Source: an uncultured delta proteobacterium
GTDB taxonomy: Bacteria; Desulfobacterota; RBG-13-43-22
Reading direction: 5' to 3'
NCBI GenBank assembly: GCA_963790475.1
Contig: CAWBOS010000006.1
Span: 256,001-320,000 of the forward strand
DNA length: 64,000 nt
Shown here: positions 19,590 to 29,485 of the stretch, piece after piece
Numbering within the stretch: position 1 is the first letter of the stretch
Layout of the letters: every line of letters starts with the position of its first letter
Notes under the pieces: generated by a model
What the model was told of the DNA's origin: nothing
Databases searched by the model: none
Seen by the model: only the letters and a program-made list of their open reading frames with translations
Program-made: the position numbers and the translations under genes

Positions 19590-20780
19590 ATGATGATGAA
19601 TATTGAAATGATCGGAGTGGAAGAAGATGTCCAAAAAGGGGCAAAAATCCGAGTGGTCGGGATTGGAGGAGGGGGGAATAATGCCATCAATAATATGATC
19701 CGGTCCCAACTCCTGTCGGGAGTTGAATTTATCGCCACCAATACGGATCTTAAAGCCCTTTCTTCTTCTTTGGCTGATACCCGCATTCAGATTGGGACCA
19801 GCCTGACCAAAGGCCTGGGGGCGGGGGCCAATCCTGAAATCGGCCGGAATGCCACCTTAGAAGATGCCGAGAAGATCCGCCAGGAACTGGAAGGCAGTGA
19901 CATGGTTTTTATCACGGCCGGGATGGGAGGAGGAACCGGAACAGGCGGTGCTCCGATCGTGGCCCAGATCTGCAAGGAGTTGGATATCCTGACCGTGGCC
20001 GTGGTTACCAAACCCTTTCATTTTGAAGGACCGATCCGGTTGAAACAGGCCAATGAAGGAATCGTGGAAATGAGGAAGGTCGTAGACAGTCTGATCACTA
20101 TTCCCAATGATCGGCTGATTTCTTTGGCCACCAAGAAGGCCAGCTTTTTGGAAATGCTCAAAAAAGCGGACGATGTTTTACTCTATGCCGTTAAGGGGAT
20201 TTCCGATTTAATTGTGGCCCCCGGCTTGATTGTCCTTGATTTCGCCGATGTTAAGACGATCATGGCCGAAATGGGGGTAGCCCTCATGGGAACCGGAATA
20301 GCCAGCGGGGAGAATCGGGCCCTGGAGGCGGCTCAACGGGCCATTTCCAGTCCCTTATTAGAGGATATCTCCATTGCCGGTGCCCGGGCTTTGCTGCTGA
20401 ATATCACCGCCAGCTCAAACCTTGGGTTCGAGGAAGTCATCGAGGCTTCTACCTTGATCCAAAAAGAAGTTCATGAAGAAGCCAATATTATTTGGGGTAC
20501 GGCCATAGATGAGAGTATGGGGGACGAACTCCGGGTAACGGTGGTGGCCACCGGAATCAATCCCAAAGAGGAAAGAGTGGTACTCGATTTCGACCGGATG
20601 CGGTCCGGGATGTCGGAGGTAAAACCGGATCGACCGGAAGACCGGGAAACCCCGACCTTTGTCCGCAAGGGGAAAGAGATCGACAAATACGGGCCCAGAC
20701 GGCCGGCCAAGGCTCCGGAGTATTACTTTGATGAGGAAGAACTGGAAGTCCCGACTTTCATCCGCAAGGGGGCGGATTGA
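19590..20780 (+). CDS. ftsZ: Cell division GTPase FtsZ
   Basis: GGGGNNA, GMGGGTGTGGAP tubulin signature, C-terminal LEVPTFIRK. Confidence 0.98.
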   Translation: MMMNIEMIGVEEDVQKGAKIRVVGIGGGGNNAINNMIRSQLLSGVEFIATNTDLKALSSSLADTRIQIGTSLTKGLGAGANPEIGRNATLEDAEKIRQELEGSDMVFITAGMGGGTGTGGAPIVAQICKELDILTVAVVTKPFHFEGPIRLKQANEGIVEMRKVVDSLITIPNDRLISLATKKASFLEMLKKADDVLLYAVKGISDLIVAPGLIVLDFADVKTIMAEMGVALMGTGIASGENRALEAAQRAISSPLLEDISIAGARALLLNITASSNLGFEEVIEASTLIQKEVHEEANIIWGTAIDESMGDELRVTVVATGINPKEERVVLDFDRMRSGMSEVKPDRPEDRETPTFVRKGKEIDKYGPRRPAKAPEYYFDEEELEVPTFIRKGAD

Positions 20781-20925
20781 AATGGGGTCCGGGAATAATC
20801 CCTATCAAGCCCCTGCAGACCACCGCCTTTATTTAGAAGGTGGAATGGAATTTTATGGCAGAGCCCCCGACCGGTTCAAAGGCACAGCGGAGTAAGGGCA
20901 GTATCAGCGAATTGGAATCCGTCTA

Positions 20926-23067
20926 ATGTTTAAAGATCAAACTGGAATCAAGACAAAAATGGGCATATCCATTCCGACCGACGATTTTTTGAAAGAGGAA
21001 GAAACCGAGAGACATGATTTGTCCTATGGGAATTTGTTTGAATTGGTTCGCCTATTGACCGTAGGAGAACTGGAAAAGGGTTTTGACAATGTCAAACGGA
21101 TCCCCCCCAAAAAACTAATCGATCTTCTCAATTTTTTGAATTTTTCCGAGAAGGAATTGTTGGTCGTCTTTCAACATCCCCAATACGATGAGATCGTAAC
21201 CCGGGCGATCCGACCCCAGCCCTATCAGGAGGGGGTTATTTCCGGCCTTTGGGCCGCCCCGGAGGACTGTGGTGATTCCTTAAGGGATTTCGAGGTACTT
21301 TGTTTTCTGATTGAGACCAAAAGAGAAATTCTTTTAGCCCGGACCCGGCGGGTTGACATAGATGAGCAAGGGATTGAATTGACCTTGCCGGAATTCGGTT
21401 TTGAAATTACCTTACGAAAAACCGATCGATACCCCTGTCAACATATCCAAGCGGAAATAATCCAAGGCGGGATTTTATTCCCGGGGCGCCTGGACGTCTT
21501 CAGCGTCAACTCTTTCCGGGTGGAAATCTTTTCCCGGGAAGGGATCTCATTAAAATGGATCAATTCCGAGTGCCCGGTTCAAATCATTTTTAAAGATCAG
21601 GAGAAAATTTGTTATTCCCGGGAATGTAATATAGTCAAGCAGAAGGAAAACCTTAATACGAAAACCCTGATTCTGGAACCCAACCGTGAATCTATTCGTC
21701 GATTCGAACACCGGGAATTTCGCTCCCCAAGACCAACCCTGAATCCCGCTCCAGGGGTCTATTTTCTTCATCCGCTCATTAAAAAATTATTCAAATTAAA
21801 TATTTGCGACTTATCGACCTCCGGCTTCTCCGTGGAAGAAGAAGGGGAATCCTCGGCGCTTCTGCCGGGAATGATCATTCCCGATCTACAAATCGAACTG
21901 GCCAACACCGCCACTTTATCCTGCAAGGCCCAGGTCATTTACCAGAAAAAAATGGAAGACCCGGTTGTCAGATCCGGCTTCACCATTTTAAATATGTCCA
22001 ACGAGGACTATATTAAATTAACCAATATGGTCAATAAATCCATGAATATCAACCTGGATATTTGCGGATCCATTGAACAGGAATCTTTGTGGCAATTTTT
22101 TTTCGAGGCCGGATTTATCTATCCGCAAAAATATCATTATATCCAACAAAATAAAGAAGAATTCAAAAACATATATAAGAAGCTCTACCAAAATCCGACT
22201 GAAATAGAAAGGCACGTTACTTACCAGGAGAGGGGAACGCTTCTGGGCCATATCTCCATGCTCCATGTTTACAGCGCCACCTGGATGCTTCACCACTTTG
22301 CGGCCACCCCCAGTTCCAGACACAAAAAGGTGGCCTTGACCCTGTTGCAACAGATCGAACAGTATATCATTGATTCTCATCACCTTGAATCCTCACGGAT
22401 GGATAACATCATCTGTTATTTCCGTCCGGAAAATAAGTTTCCCAATCTGGTTTTCGGCGGAGCGGCCAGAGCGTTAAAAGACCCGAAAATTTGTTCTCTG
22501 GACCGGTTCGCCTATATTTCCTATCCCATGATTCTGGACCCTCAACAAGGGAGACTTCTCGAACCCTGGATGATGGCCCCGTCTGTACCGAACGATTTGA
22601 AGGAACTGGGCCATTTTTATAACCATACCTCCGGAGGGCAGATGATCGAGGCCCTTGATCTGCAACCGGATACCCTAAGGGACGATCTATTAACCTCCAC
22701 CTATCATCGCCTGGGTTTTAAACGGGAACGCCGTCTTTTTTCCATCAAGAAAAAAGACAAGGTCAAGGCCGTTATTAGCCTGATCAAAACCGATATAGGC
22801 TTGAATTTATCGGAATTGACCAATTGTGTAACCCTGTTCGTTTTGGATCCGGAAAACCTTCCCTTTGAGGTGTTTTTAAAGTCCTTTTCCCAGTTGAGGG
22901 CCTATGATGATCGGCAAATGATCCCAGTTTTAATTTATCCCACGCGATATGCTCAACGGCATTCCATGGCCTGTGACCGTTTTTATGACCTCTGGGTATT
23001 TGGAGTAGAAAACAGCGACCATTATTTTAAATACGTTAATAAAATCTTTTCCCGTCTTCTTTCCTGA
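20926..23067 (+). CDS. PilZ-domain protein with a C-terminal GNAT-like region
   Basis: RxxxR-like segments (RKTDRYP, REFRSPRP) and DLSTSG (DxSxxG); C-terminal LWQFFFEAGFIYPQK..GHISM..TWMLHH..YFRPENKFP. Confidence 0.6.
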   Translation: MFKDQTGIKTKMGISIPTDDFLKEEETERHDLSYGNLFELVRLLTVGELEKGFDNVKRIPPKKLIDLLNFLNFSEKELLVVFQHPQYDEIVTRAIRPQPYQEGVISGLWAAPEDCGDSLRDFEVLCFLIETKREILLARTRRVDIDEQGIELTLPEFGFEITLRKTDRYPCQHIQAEIIQGGILFPGRLDVFSVNSFRVEIFSREGISLKWINSECPVQIIFKDQEKICYSRECNIVKQKENLNTKTLILEPNRESIRRFEHREFRSPRPTLNPAPGVYFLHPLIKKLFKLNICDLSTSGFSVEEEGESSALLPGMIIPDLQIELANTATLSCKAQVIYQKKMEDPVVRSGFTILNMSNEDYIKLTNMVNKSMNINLDICGSIEQESLWQFFFEAGFIYPQKYHYIQQNKEEFKNIYKKLYQNPTEIERHVTYQERGTLLGHISMLHVYSATWMLHHFAATPSSRHKKVALTLLQQIEQYIIDSHHLESSRMDNIICYFRPENKFPNLVFGGAARALKDPKICSLDRFAYISYPMILDPQQGRLLEPWMMAPSVPNDLKELGHFYNHTSGGQMIEALDLQPDTLRDDLLTSTYHRLGFKRERRLFSIKKKDKVKAVISLIKTDIGLNLSELTNCVTLFVLDPENLPFEVFLKSFSQLRAYDDRQMIPVLIYPTRYAQRHSMACDRFYDLWVFGVENSDHYFKYVNKIFSRLLS

Positions 23068-23190
23068 AGACTTTCGAATCCCTCCCCCTTTTTTTCATTA
23101 ATCGTGAACCTGATTTTTTTGTTGATTTTTCTTTGAACCTGTCGTAATACCGTCTCAATATTATCGGAAAAGCGGAGTAATGTTCAGGCC

Positions 23191-23221
23191 AAGGCCATCC
23201 CTACTCGGGGTGGCCTTTTTT
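23191..23221 (+). terminator. GC hairpin plus U-tract directly upstream of the ABC substrate-binding pseudogene (terminator or attenuator)
   Basis: AAGGCCATCCC-tactc-GGGGTGGCCTT-TTTT. Confidence 0.6.
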
Positions 23222-23240
23222 ATTTTTAAGGAGGGAGTGA

Positions 23241-23931
23241 ATGGAAAAAATGAAAATCGGTGTAGGGCTAATAATCTTTTTGATGGTTTGGACGGTCTTT
23301 CAAACGGCTTATGCGGAACCCCGGGAAATCCGGATTGGGGCCACGGTTTCGGCCACCGGAAAGTTTGCCACAGAGGTCGGACCTTTCAAAAAATTATTGG
23401 AGGCCTGGGCCGGGAAAATAAATGAGCAGGGGGCCTTTATCTGAAGAAAAGCAATGCCCGGGTACCGGTTAGGATGGTGGTCTATGATGATCAAAGCGAT
23501 GAGGCCACGGCCCGGAGGTTTTATCAGCGTTTGATCACCGAAGATAAGGTGCATTTACTCTTAGGACCTTACAGTTCCCTGACCTTTGCCGTCAGTTCGG
23601 TGTCTGAAAATCAAAGGATTCCTATGTTGGCGGTCTGTGCCAATTCCCTAAAATTTATCAGCGCGGCTATCGGTATTTGAGCGGTTTGCTTGATGAGGCC
23701 CCTCGTTATACCTATCGTTACTGGGAGATGCTTCAGGCTGAGAAAAAGGCTGGCACTGTTTCTTTTATCATCGAGGAAACTCTTCATCCTTTAAGTGTCT
23801 ATGAAGGGGCGAGGGTTATGGGAGGCAATTTCCCTTATCGCCTTGGATCTGCAGCCAGGGGATCTGTACGACAATCGAGGATTATTTTTGAGGTGAGGCG
23901 ACTTTGCTGTAGTGGGAAAATTGCATGGTGA
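23241..23931 (+). pseudogene. Branched-chain amino acid ABC substrate-binding protein, frameshifted and truncated
   Basis: Signal peptide, IRIGATVSATGKFA, VYDDQSD, LLGPYSS; frame changes at the G-run near 23430 and the C-run near 23647; ends against the 3' end of fusA. Confidence 0.75.
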
Positions 23932-25930
23932 AGGTGGCCCGCCCCTGGCTGGCGGAACGAAGGACCGTGGAATAGCCGAACAATTGGGACAAAGGGGCGG
24001 TGGCTTGAACTTGCTGGATTTTATTCCGGGGAAAGATATTTTCAATTTTCCCTTTCCGGGCGTTGATATCTCCGATGATTTCGCCCAGAAATTCGTCGGG
24101 TACAATAATTTCCAATTTCATGACCGGCTCAAGAAGCACCGGCTTCGCCTTTAGGCAACCGCTTCGGAAGGCCATGGAAGTCGCCACCCGAAAGGCCATT
24201 TCAGAGGATTGGCTTTCGGTCGTTTGAGCGGATTCGAGAATGACTTTAATGTCGGTGGCCGGATAACCGGACAGGACCCCAGAGGTGAAGGCCTCATGAA
24301 TAGAAGATTGAATAGCCTCAATCAGGGGCTGGGGTAAGGTATCTCCGGGAATCATATGCAGAAACATATTCCCTTCCCCCCGTCCGTTGGGGATTAAGCG
24401 CAATCGGACCTTGGCCTGGTGACGAGTACCCCCCAACTCACGATCAAAAATTTCTTCAACCTCCACCTCTTCTTCTATGGTTTCCCGATAGACCACCTGA
24501 GGTTTGCCGATATTGACCAACAAATTATACTCTCGTTCCATCCGATGCAATAAGACCTCAAGATGAAGTTCCCCCATTCCGGAAATGACCGTTTGCCCTG
24601 AATCCTCATCATATTTGAAATGAAAAGTGGGGTCCTCCTGGGAAATTTTATCTAGAACCTGGACAATTTTATCTTGCTGGCCGACTGTTTTCGGCTCAAT
24701 GGCCAGGGAGATGACCGGTTCATAGACCTGGATGGCCTCCAGGATAATCGGATGATCGAGGTCGGTCAGACTGTCGCCCGTTGTGGTATCTTTAAGCCCC
24801 ATCAGGCCGACAATATCTCCGGCCCGGGCTTGTTCAATCCGTTCCCTTTTATTGGCATGGATACGCAGCATCCGGGCAACACGTTCCCGGATATTTTTGG
24901 TTGGATTCAAAATCTCCTGCCCGACATTCAGGGTTCCCGAATAGAGGCGCAGATAGGTCAATTTTCTCCCCTGATCCATTATTATCTTAAAGGCCAGACC
25001 GGCAAAAGGGGCCTCATCTTTGGCCGGACGAATTTCGATCTTATTGCAGAGAGGATTCAGGCCGCTGACTGGGGGGATGTCCATGGGATTGGGAAGAAAA
25101 TGAATAATGCCGTCCAATAAGGGCTGAACCCCTTTGTTGCGCAAGGCCGCCCCGCAGTAGATGGGGACGATCTTCAAGTCAATGGTGCCTCGGCGAATGA
25201 CCGCTAAGAGATCGGCTAAGGGAATTTCCTGCCCACCCAAATACAAATCCATGAGGTGATCGTCCAGATCGGCCAGGGTCTCCAATAATTGTTCCCGATA
25301 AAATTCCGCTTCATCCCGCAGACTATCCGGTATATCGACTAAATCGTATCCCATGCCCAATGTTTCTTCCCGCCAGTGGATCCCTTGCATATTCAATAAA
25401 TCAATAGTCCCTTGAAAGCCGTCTTCCCGCCCCCAGGGCAAGTGGAGAATAAGGGGACGGGCTCCTAGTTTCTCTTTGATCTGCTCAATGGTGTTGTTGA
25501 AGTCCGCACCGATGCGGTCCATTTTATTGATAAAGGCGATCTTGGGTACATGGTAACGGTCGGCCTGATGCCAGACGGTCTCCGACTGAGGTTCCACCCC
25601 GCCGACGGCACAGAATACAGCGACAACCCCGTCCAGGACACGCAAAGAACGCTCCACTTCGATGGTAAAATCGACATGGCCGGGAGTGTCTATGAGGTTG
25701 ATGGTGTGTTGAAGCCACTGGCAGGTGGTTACGGCTGAAGTGATGGTGATGCCTCGTTCCTGCTCTTCAGGCATCCAGTCCATGACCGCCTCCCCGTCAT
25801 GAACCTCTCCCATTTTGTGAGACCGGCCGGTGTAATAAAGGATCCGCTCGGTCAAAGTGGTTTTTCCGGCATCAATATGGGCCATGATGCCCATGTTTCT
25901 GGTTTTACGAAGTCGTGATTCCCCGGCCAT
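23882..25930 (-). CDS. fusA: Elongation factor G paralog (outside the str operon)
   Basis: [48 protein letters not shown]. Confidence 0.92.
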   Translation of the reverse strand: MAGESRLRKTRNMGIMAHIDAGKTTLTERILYYTGRSHKMGEVHDGEAVMDWMPEEQERGITITSAVTTCQWLQHTINLIDTPGHVDFTIEVERSLRVLDGVVAVFCAVGGVEPQSETVWHQADRYHVPKIAFINKMDRIGADFNNTIEQIKEKLGARPLILHLPWGREDGFQGTIDLLNMQGIHWREETLGMGYDLVDIPDSLRDEAEFYREQLLETLADLDDHLMDLYLGGQEIPLADLLAVIRRGTIDLKIVPIYCGAALRNKGVQPLLDGIIHFLPNPMDIPPVSGLNPLCNKIEIRPAKDEAPFAGLAFKIIMDQGRKLTYLRLYSGTLNVGQEILNPTKNIRERVARMLRIHANKRERIEQARAGDIVGLMGLKDTTTGDSLTDLDHPIILEAIQVYEPVISLAIEPKTVGQQDKIVQVLDKISQEDPTFHFKYDEDSGQTVISGMGELHLEVLLHRMEREYNLLVNIGKPQVVYRETIEEEVEVEEIFDRELGGTRHQAKVRLRLIPNGRGEGNMFLHMIPGDTLPQPLIEAIQSSIHEAFTSGVLSGYPATDIKVILESAQTTESQSSEMAFRVATSMAFRSGCLKAKPVLLEPVMKLEIIVPDEFLGEIIGDINARKGKIENIFPRNKIQQVQATAPLSQLFGYSTVLRSASQGRATFTMQFSHYSKVASPQK

Positions 25931-26028
25931 TTTTTTTCTTTTCCTTTAAAAGTGGTAGGATATTAGGCTATTTTCAGTGACTTCGTCAAGAGGGGAAAAG
26001 AAAACTCTGCTGTTCCAGCCTTAAGTTT

Positions 26029-26254
26029 AAGTCAGGTGGGAGAGAATACTCCCCAGGGTTATCCAAAAGGTACTCCGGCGTCCTTTTTCCGGCCCAGACT
26101 ATTAAATGGCTTTAGAAATAAGGATATGCTTCGGCAGAATCATAAAACTATTTCCCTTGGCCTGCTTTTAAAATAATTTCATAAGCCGGCAAAGAAATCG
26201 TTATCCTGAGGGATGGGGTTGGCACCCAGGGGAACGTCCCCTCCCACCTGACTT
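26029..26254. mobile_element. MITE-like element with terminal inverted repeats
   Basis: AAGTCAGGTGGGAG (26029-26042) and CTCCCACCTGACTT (26241-26254) form a perfect 14-bp IR that extends imperfectly to about 35 bp; no ORF inside. Confidence 0.55.
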
Positions 26255-26334
26255 TTGACGTCCTCGGGGGAAGGTGAAGAGAGGAAAGGGGAAAAGGGGT
26301 TGTTTAATCAGGGAGGGTTTGTTATACTTTTTTA

Positions 26335-26991
26335 ATGGGACCGATAAAAAATTCCAAACTGCTGGACATCTATGATCTACTCCACAGGCATTTAGGTCCC
26401 AGCCACTGGTGGCCGGGGGACAGTCCCCTGGAAGTCATGGTGGGCGCCATCCTGACCCAGAATACGGCCTGGAGTAATGTCGAACAGGCGATCGGACGGT
26501 TAAAGTCCGAAGGGGCTCTTTCCGCTTCTTTTCTGCACCAGGTGGATGAGAGGGTTTTGTCGGAATGGATACGTCCGGCCGGGTATTTTCGCATCAAGGC
26601 CGGGAGATTAAAAAATTTTTTTGATTTTTATATCCGGGAATATCAGGGGCAAATAAAAAAAATAAAAAACCAGCCCCTGGAATCCCTTCGTCAGCAGTTG
26701 CTTTCGGTGAAGGGCATCGGACCGGAGACGGCGGACAGTATCCTGCTTTACGCCCTGGGAATGCCCACCTTTGTGGTCGATGCCTACACCCATCGCATCT
26801 TTTCCCGTCACCAGCTCATCGATGAGGATATTGGTTATGAAGAACTCCGGGCTTATTTTATGGATCATTTGCCTTCGGACCCTCCATTGTATAATGAATA
26901 CCACGCCCTTTTGGTGCGCCTGGGAAAGGAGTATTGTAAGAAAAAGAACCCCCGGTGTGATGAGTGTCCTTTGAAGGAGATGGAGTTGTGA
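26335..26991 (+). CDS. Endonuclease III-related HhH-GPD DNA glycosylase
   Basis: GAILTQNTAW, IRPAGYF, LLSVKGIGPETADSI (HhH), VVDAYT, C-terminal CKKKNPRCDECPL. Confidence 0.88.
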   Translation: MGPIKNSKLLDIYDLLHRHLGPSHWWPGDSPLEVMVGAILTQNTAWSNVEQAIGRLKSEGALSASFLHQVDERVLSEWIRPAGYFRIKAGRLKNFFDFYIREYQGQIKKIKNQPLESLRQQLLSVKGIGPETADSILLYALGMPTFVVDAYTHRIFSRHQLIDEDIGYEELRAYFMDHLPSDPPLYNEYHALLVRLGKEYCKKKNPRCDECPLKEMEL

Positions 26992-27046
26992 CGGGCGATG
27001 AAAAGTTCCAGGAAAAGATCGAGGCCGTCGGCCGGAAGGGAAACCC

Positions 27047-27883
27047 TTGAGTCGTAAACGAAGTTCCTCCAGGAGATCCATCGGTTTTTATCAAAAATTG
27101 GAAAACGATGATATCTTTTTCCTGGCCTCAGGGTTGGCTTTTAATTTGTTGGTTTGTTTTATACCCCTCCTTCTGGTGATCTTATCGATTCTAGGGTTTT
27201 TTCTCCATTCTTCACAGGATATCCTCGGGTACATCCAGATGTATCTGGAAAAGATGCTCCCTCAAGCCTCTTCCCGGTTGACTTTCAATATCTTGAACTT
27301 GATCAAAGACCGAAAATTAGTGGGGTTAATCGGATTTCTGGGTTTGCTATGGGCGGCTACCCGTCTGTTTGGTTCCATCCGCACAGTGCTGGATAAGACC
27401 CTGGAATCGACCTTGCAGCATGGGTATTTAAAAGAAATCCTGTATGATTTGGTCATGGTCCTTATTACCGGGCTCTTCTTTTTGATTTCGATTGTCCTGA
27501 CGAGTATTTTCGGTCTGATAAAAACCTTTCCGGAACGAATCGGGATCCCTTGGCCAGGAATATTTCATTTTCATTGGGGAGCAAAGCTGGTTGGGTTGGG
27601 GGTAGGTTACTTTTTTTCTGTATTGATGTTTTTTATCTTATTTCGCTTTATGCCCAGTCGCCGGCCGAACCATAAGATTGCCTTGGTCACCTCCTTGCTG
27701 GTTGCCGGATTATGGGAGATAGCTAAATATCTTTTTCGTCTTTATGTGAATTTTATCAATAATTTTACAGCGGTTTATGGCTCTTTGGGTTTGCTGGTAG
27801 TCCTTTTTTTCTGGATCTATTACTCCTGCCTGATCTTTGTTATCGGAGGAGAATTGATCTGGCTCTTCCAAAAACGGAAATAG
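27047..27883 (+). CDS. YihY/BrkB family inner membrane protein (start uncertain)
   Basis: ASGLAFNLL..FIPLL, multiple TM helices, VYGSLG..WIYY..IGGE. Confidence 0.85.
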   Translation: MSRKRSSSRRSIGFYQKLENDDIFFLASGLAFNLLVCFIPLLLVILSILGFFLHSSQDILGYIQMYLEKMLPQASSRLTFNILNLIKDRKLVGLIGFLGLLWAATRLFGSIRTVLDKTLESTLQHGYLKEILYDLVMVLITGLFFLISIVLTSIFGLIKTFPERIGIPWPGIFHFHWGAKLVGLGVGYFFSVLMFFILFRFMPSRRPNHKIALVTSLLVAGLWEIAKYLFRLYVNFINNFTAVYGSLGLLVVLFFWIYYSCLIFVIGGELIWLFQKRK

Positions 27884-28090
27884 CCCAGTTCAGCTCGAAT
27901 CTCCTTTCAGGGGTAATTTATTCCGATATGGGAAAACATAAGGTAAGGATAAAACAATTCAGGATGCACGATCCACATTAGTTACCGGGAAAAAGAGATA
28001 ACCATGAAATGAACTAAGGGGTTTTATCCGGTATCGAGCCCCTTGTTTCATTCCTTTTCACCAAATAAAGGAATTTTTTAAAAAAATAAA

Positions 28091-29431
28091 ATGACTTCTG
28101 AAATATCAAAATCCGATCAATCGAAAGATCTTCCCCTTCCTCCCCTGGCCGAGAGGATGCGTCCCCGAAACCTGGAAGAATTTGTGGGGCAAGAGCACCT
28201 GCTGGGGGCGGGAAAATTCTTGCGCCGGATGTTGGAGTCGGGGAAGATCTTCCCTATGATCTTCTGGGGACCACCGGGATCAGGCAAGACCACCCTGGCC
28301 CAGATGATGGCCCGCTATACTCGGGCCCATTTCGTCCAATTCTCAGCTGTCCTTTCCGGGGTCAAAGAGATTCGGGAAGTAGTCAAGGAAGCCGAAGAAC
28401 GGTTAAAGGAGAAGGGGCAAAGCACTATTTTATTTGTCGATGAAATCCATCGGTTCAATAAGGCCCAGCAGGATGCTTTCTTGCCCCATGTGGAAAAGGG
28501 AAGCATCATCCTTATTGGAGCCACCACAGAAAATCCTTCTTTTGAGGTTATTGCCCCCTTGCTCTCCCGGACCAAGGTCCTGGTCTTAAAATCCTTAACC
28601 GGATCGGATTTGGAAAAGATTGTTCAAATCGCCCTCCGGGATTCGGAAAGGGGACTAGGGAAAATCCGGGCTCATCTGACCCCGGATGCCCTGGAGTTGA
28701 TTATAAGCCTGGCCGACGGGGACGCCCGAATCGCCTTGAATACCCTGGAGCAGGCCTTGTCCTTTACACAACCCGAGGCCGATGGCACACGCCTTATCAG
28801 CCGGACTATGGTGGAAGAAGCCCTGCAAAAAAAAGCTCTAAGATACGACAAGGCCGGAGAAGAACATTACAATCTGATATCCGCTCTCCATAAAAGTCTG
28901 CGGGGCAGTGATCCCGATGGGGCCTTGTACTGGCTGGCCCGGATGCTGGAGGCCGGGGAAGACCCCCTTTACTTGGCCCGGCGTCTGGTTCGATTCGCTT
29001 CGGAAGATATAGGCTTGGCTGATCCCCAGGCCCTGCAACAGGCTTTGGCGGCTAAGGAGGCCTATCATTTTTTAGGAACCCCGGAAGGAGAACTGGCTTT
29101 GGTTCAAGCGACCATTTATCTGGCCACTGCCCCCAAGAGCAACGCCCTTTATCAGGCCCAGGGCCTGATCAAAAAGGTTATTGAAAAAACCGGGGCCCTG
29201 CCGGTCCCTCTGCACCTCCGAAATGCCCCGACATCCCTGATGAAAGGTTTGGGGTACGGCCGGGGATACCGTTATGCCCACGACTATCCGGAAGGGCTGG
29301 TGGCCCAGGAGAATTTCCCTGAGGAATTAAAAGGCCGCAGGTTTTATCATCCAACAGATCGGGGATTTGAAAAAACGATTAAAACCCGTTTGGAATATTG
29401 GCGGAAAAAGTTGAATTTAGTAACCTCTTAG
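28091..29431 (+). CDS. rarA: Replication-associated recombination protein A
   Basis: PLAERMRP, WGPPGSGKTT, DEIHRFNKAQQD, GATTENP, SEDIGLADP, PKSN. Confidence 0.95.
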   Translation: MTSEISKSDQSKDLPLPPLAERMRPRNLEEFVGQEHLLGAGKFLRRMLESGKIFPMIFWGPPGSGKTTLAQMMARYTRAHFVQFSAVLSGVKEIREVVKEAEERLKEKGQSTILFVDEIHRFNKAQQDAFLPHVEKGSIILIGATTENPSFEVIAPLLSRTKVLVLKSLTGSDLEKIVQIALRDSERGLGKIRAHLTPDALELIISLADGDARIALNTLEQALSFTQPEADGTRLISRTMVEEALQKKALRYDKAGEEHYNLISALHKSLRGSDPDGALYWLARMLEAGEDPLYLARRLVRFASEDIGLADPQALQQALAAKEAYHFLGTPEGELALVQATIYLATAPKSNALYQAQGLIKKVIEKTGALPVPLHLRNAPTSLMKGLGYGRGYRYAHDYPEGLVAQENFPEELKGRRFYHPTDRGFEKTIKTRLEYWRKKLNLVTS

Positions 29432-29485
29432 TGATAGTGTAAAAAGTACGAACCAAAATCCGATTTTTTTTAAAGGGAAAACAAG

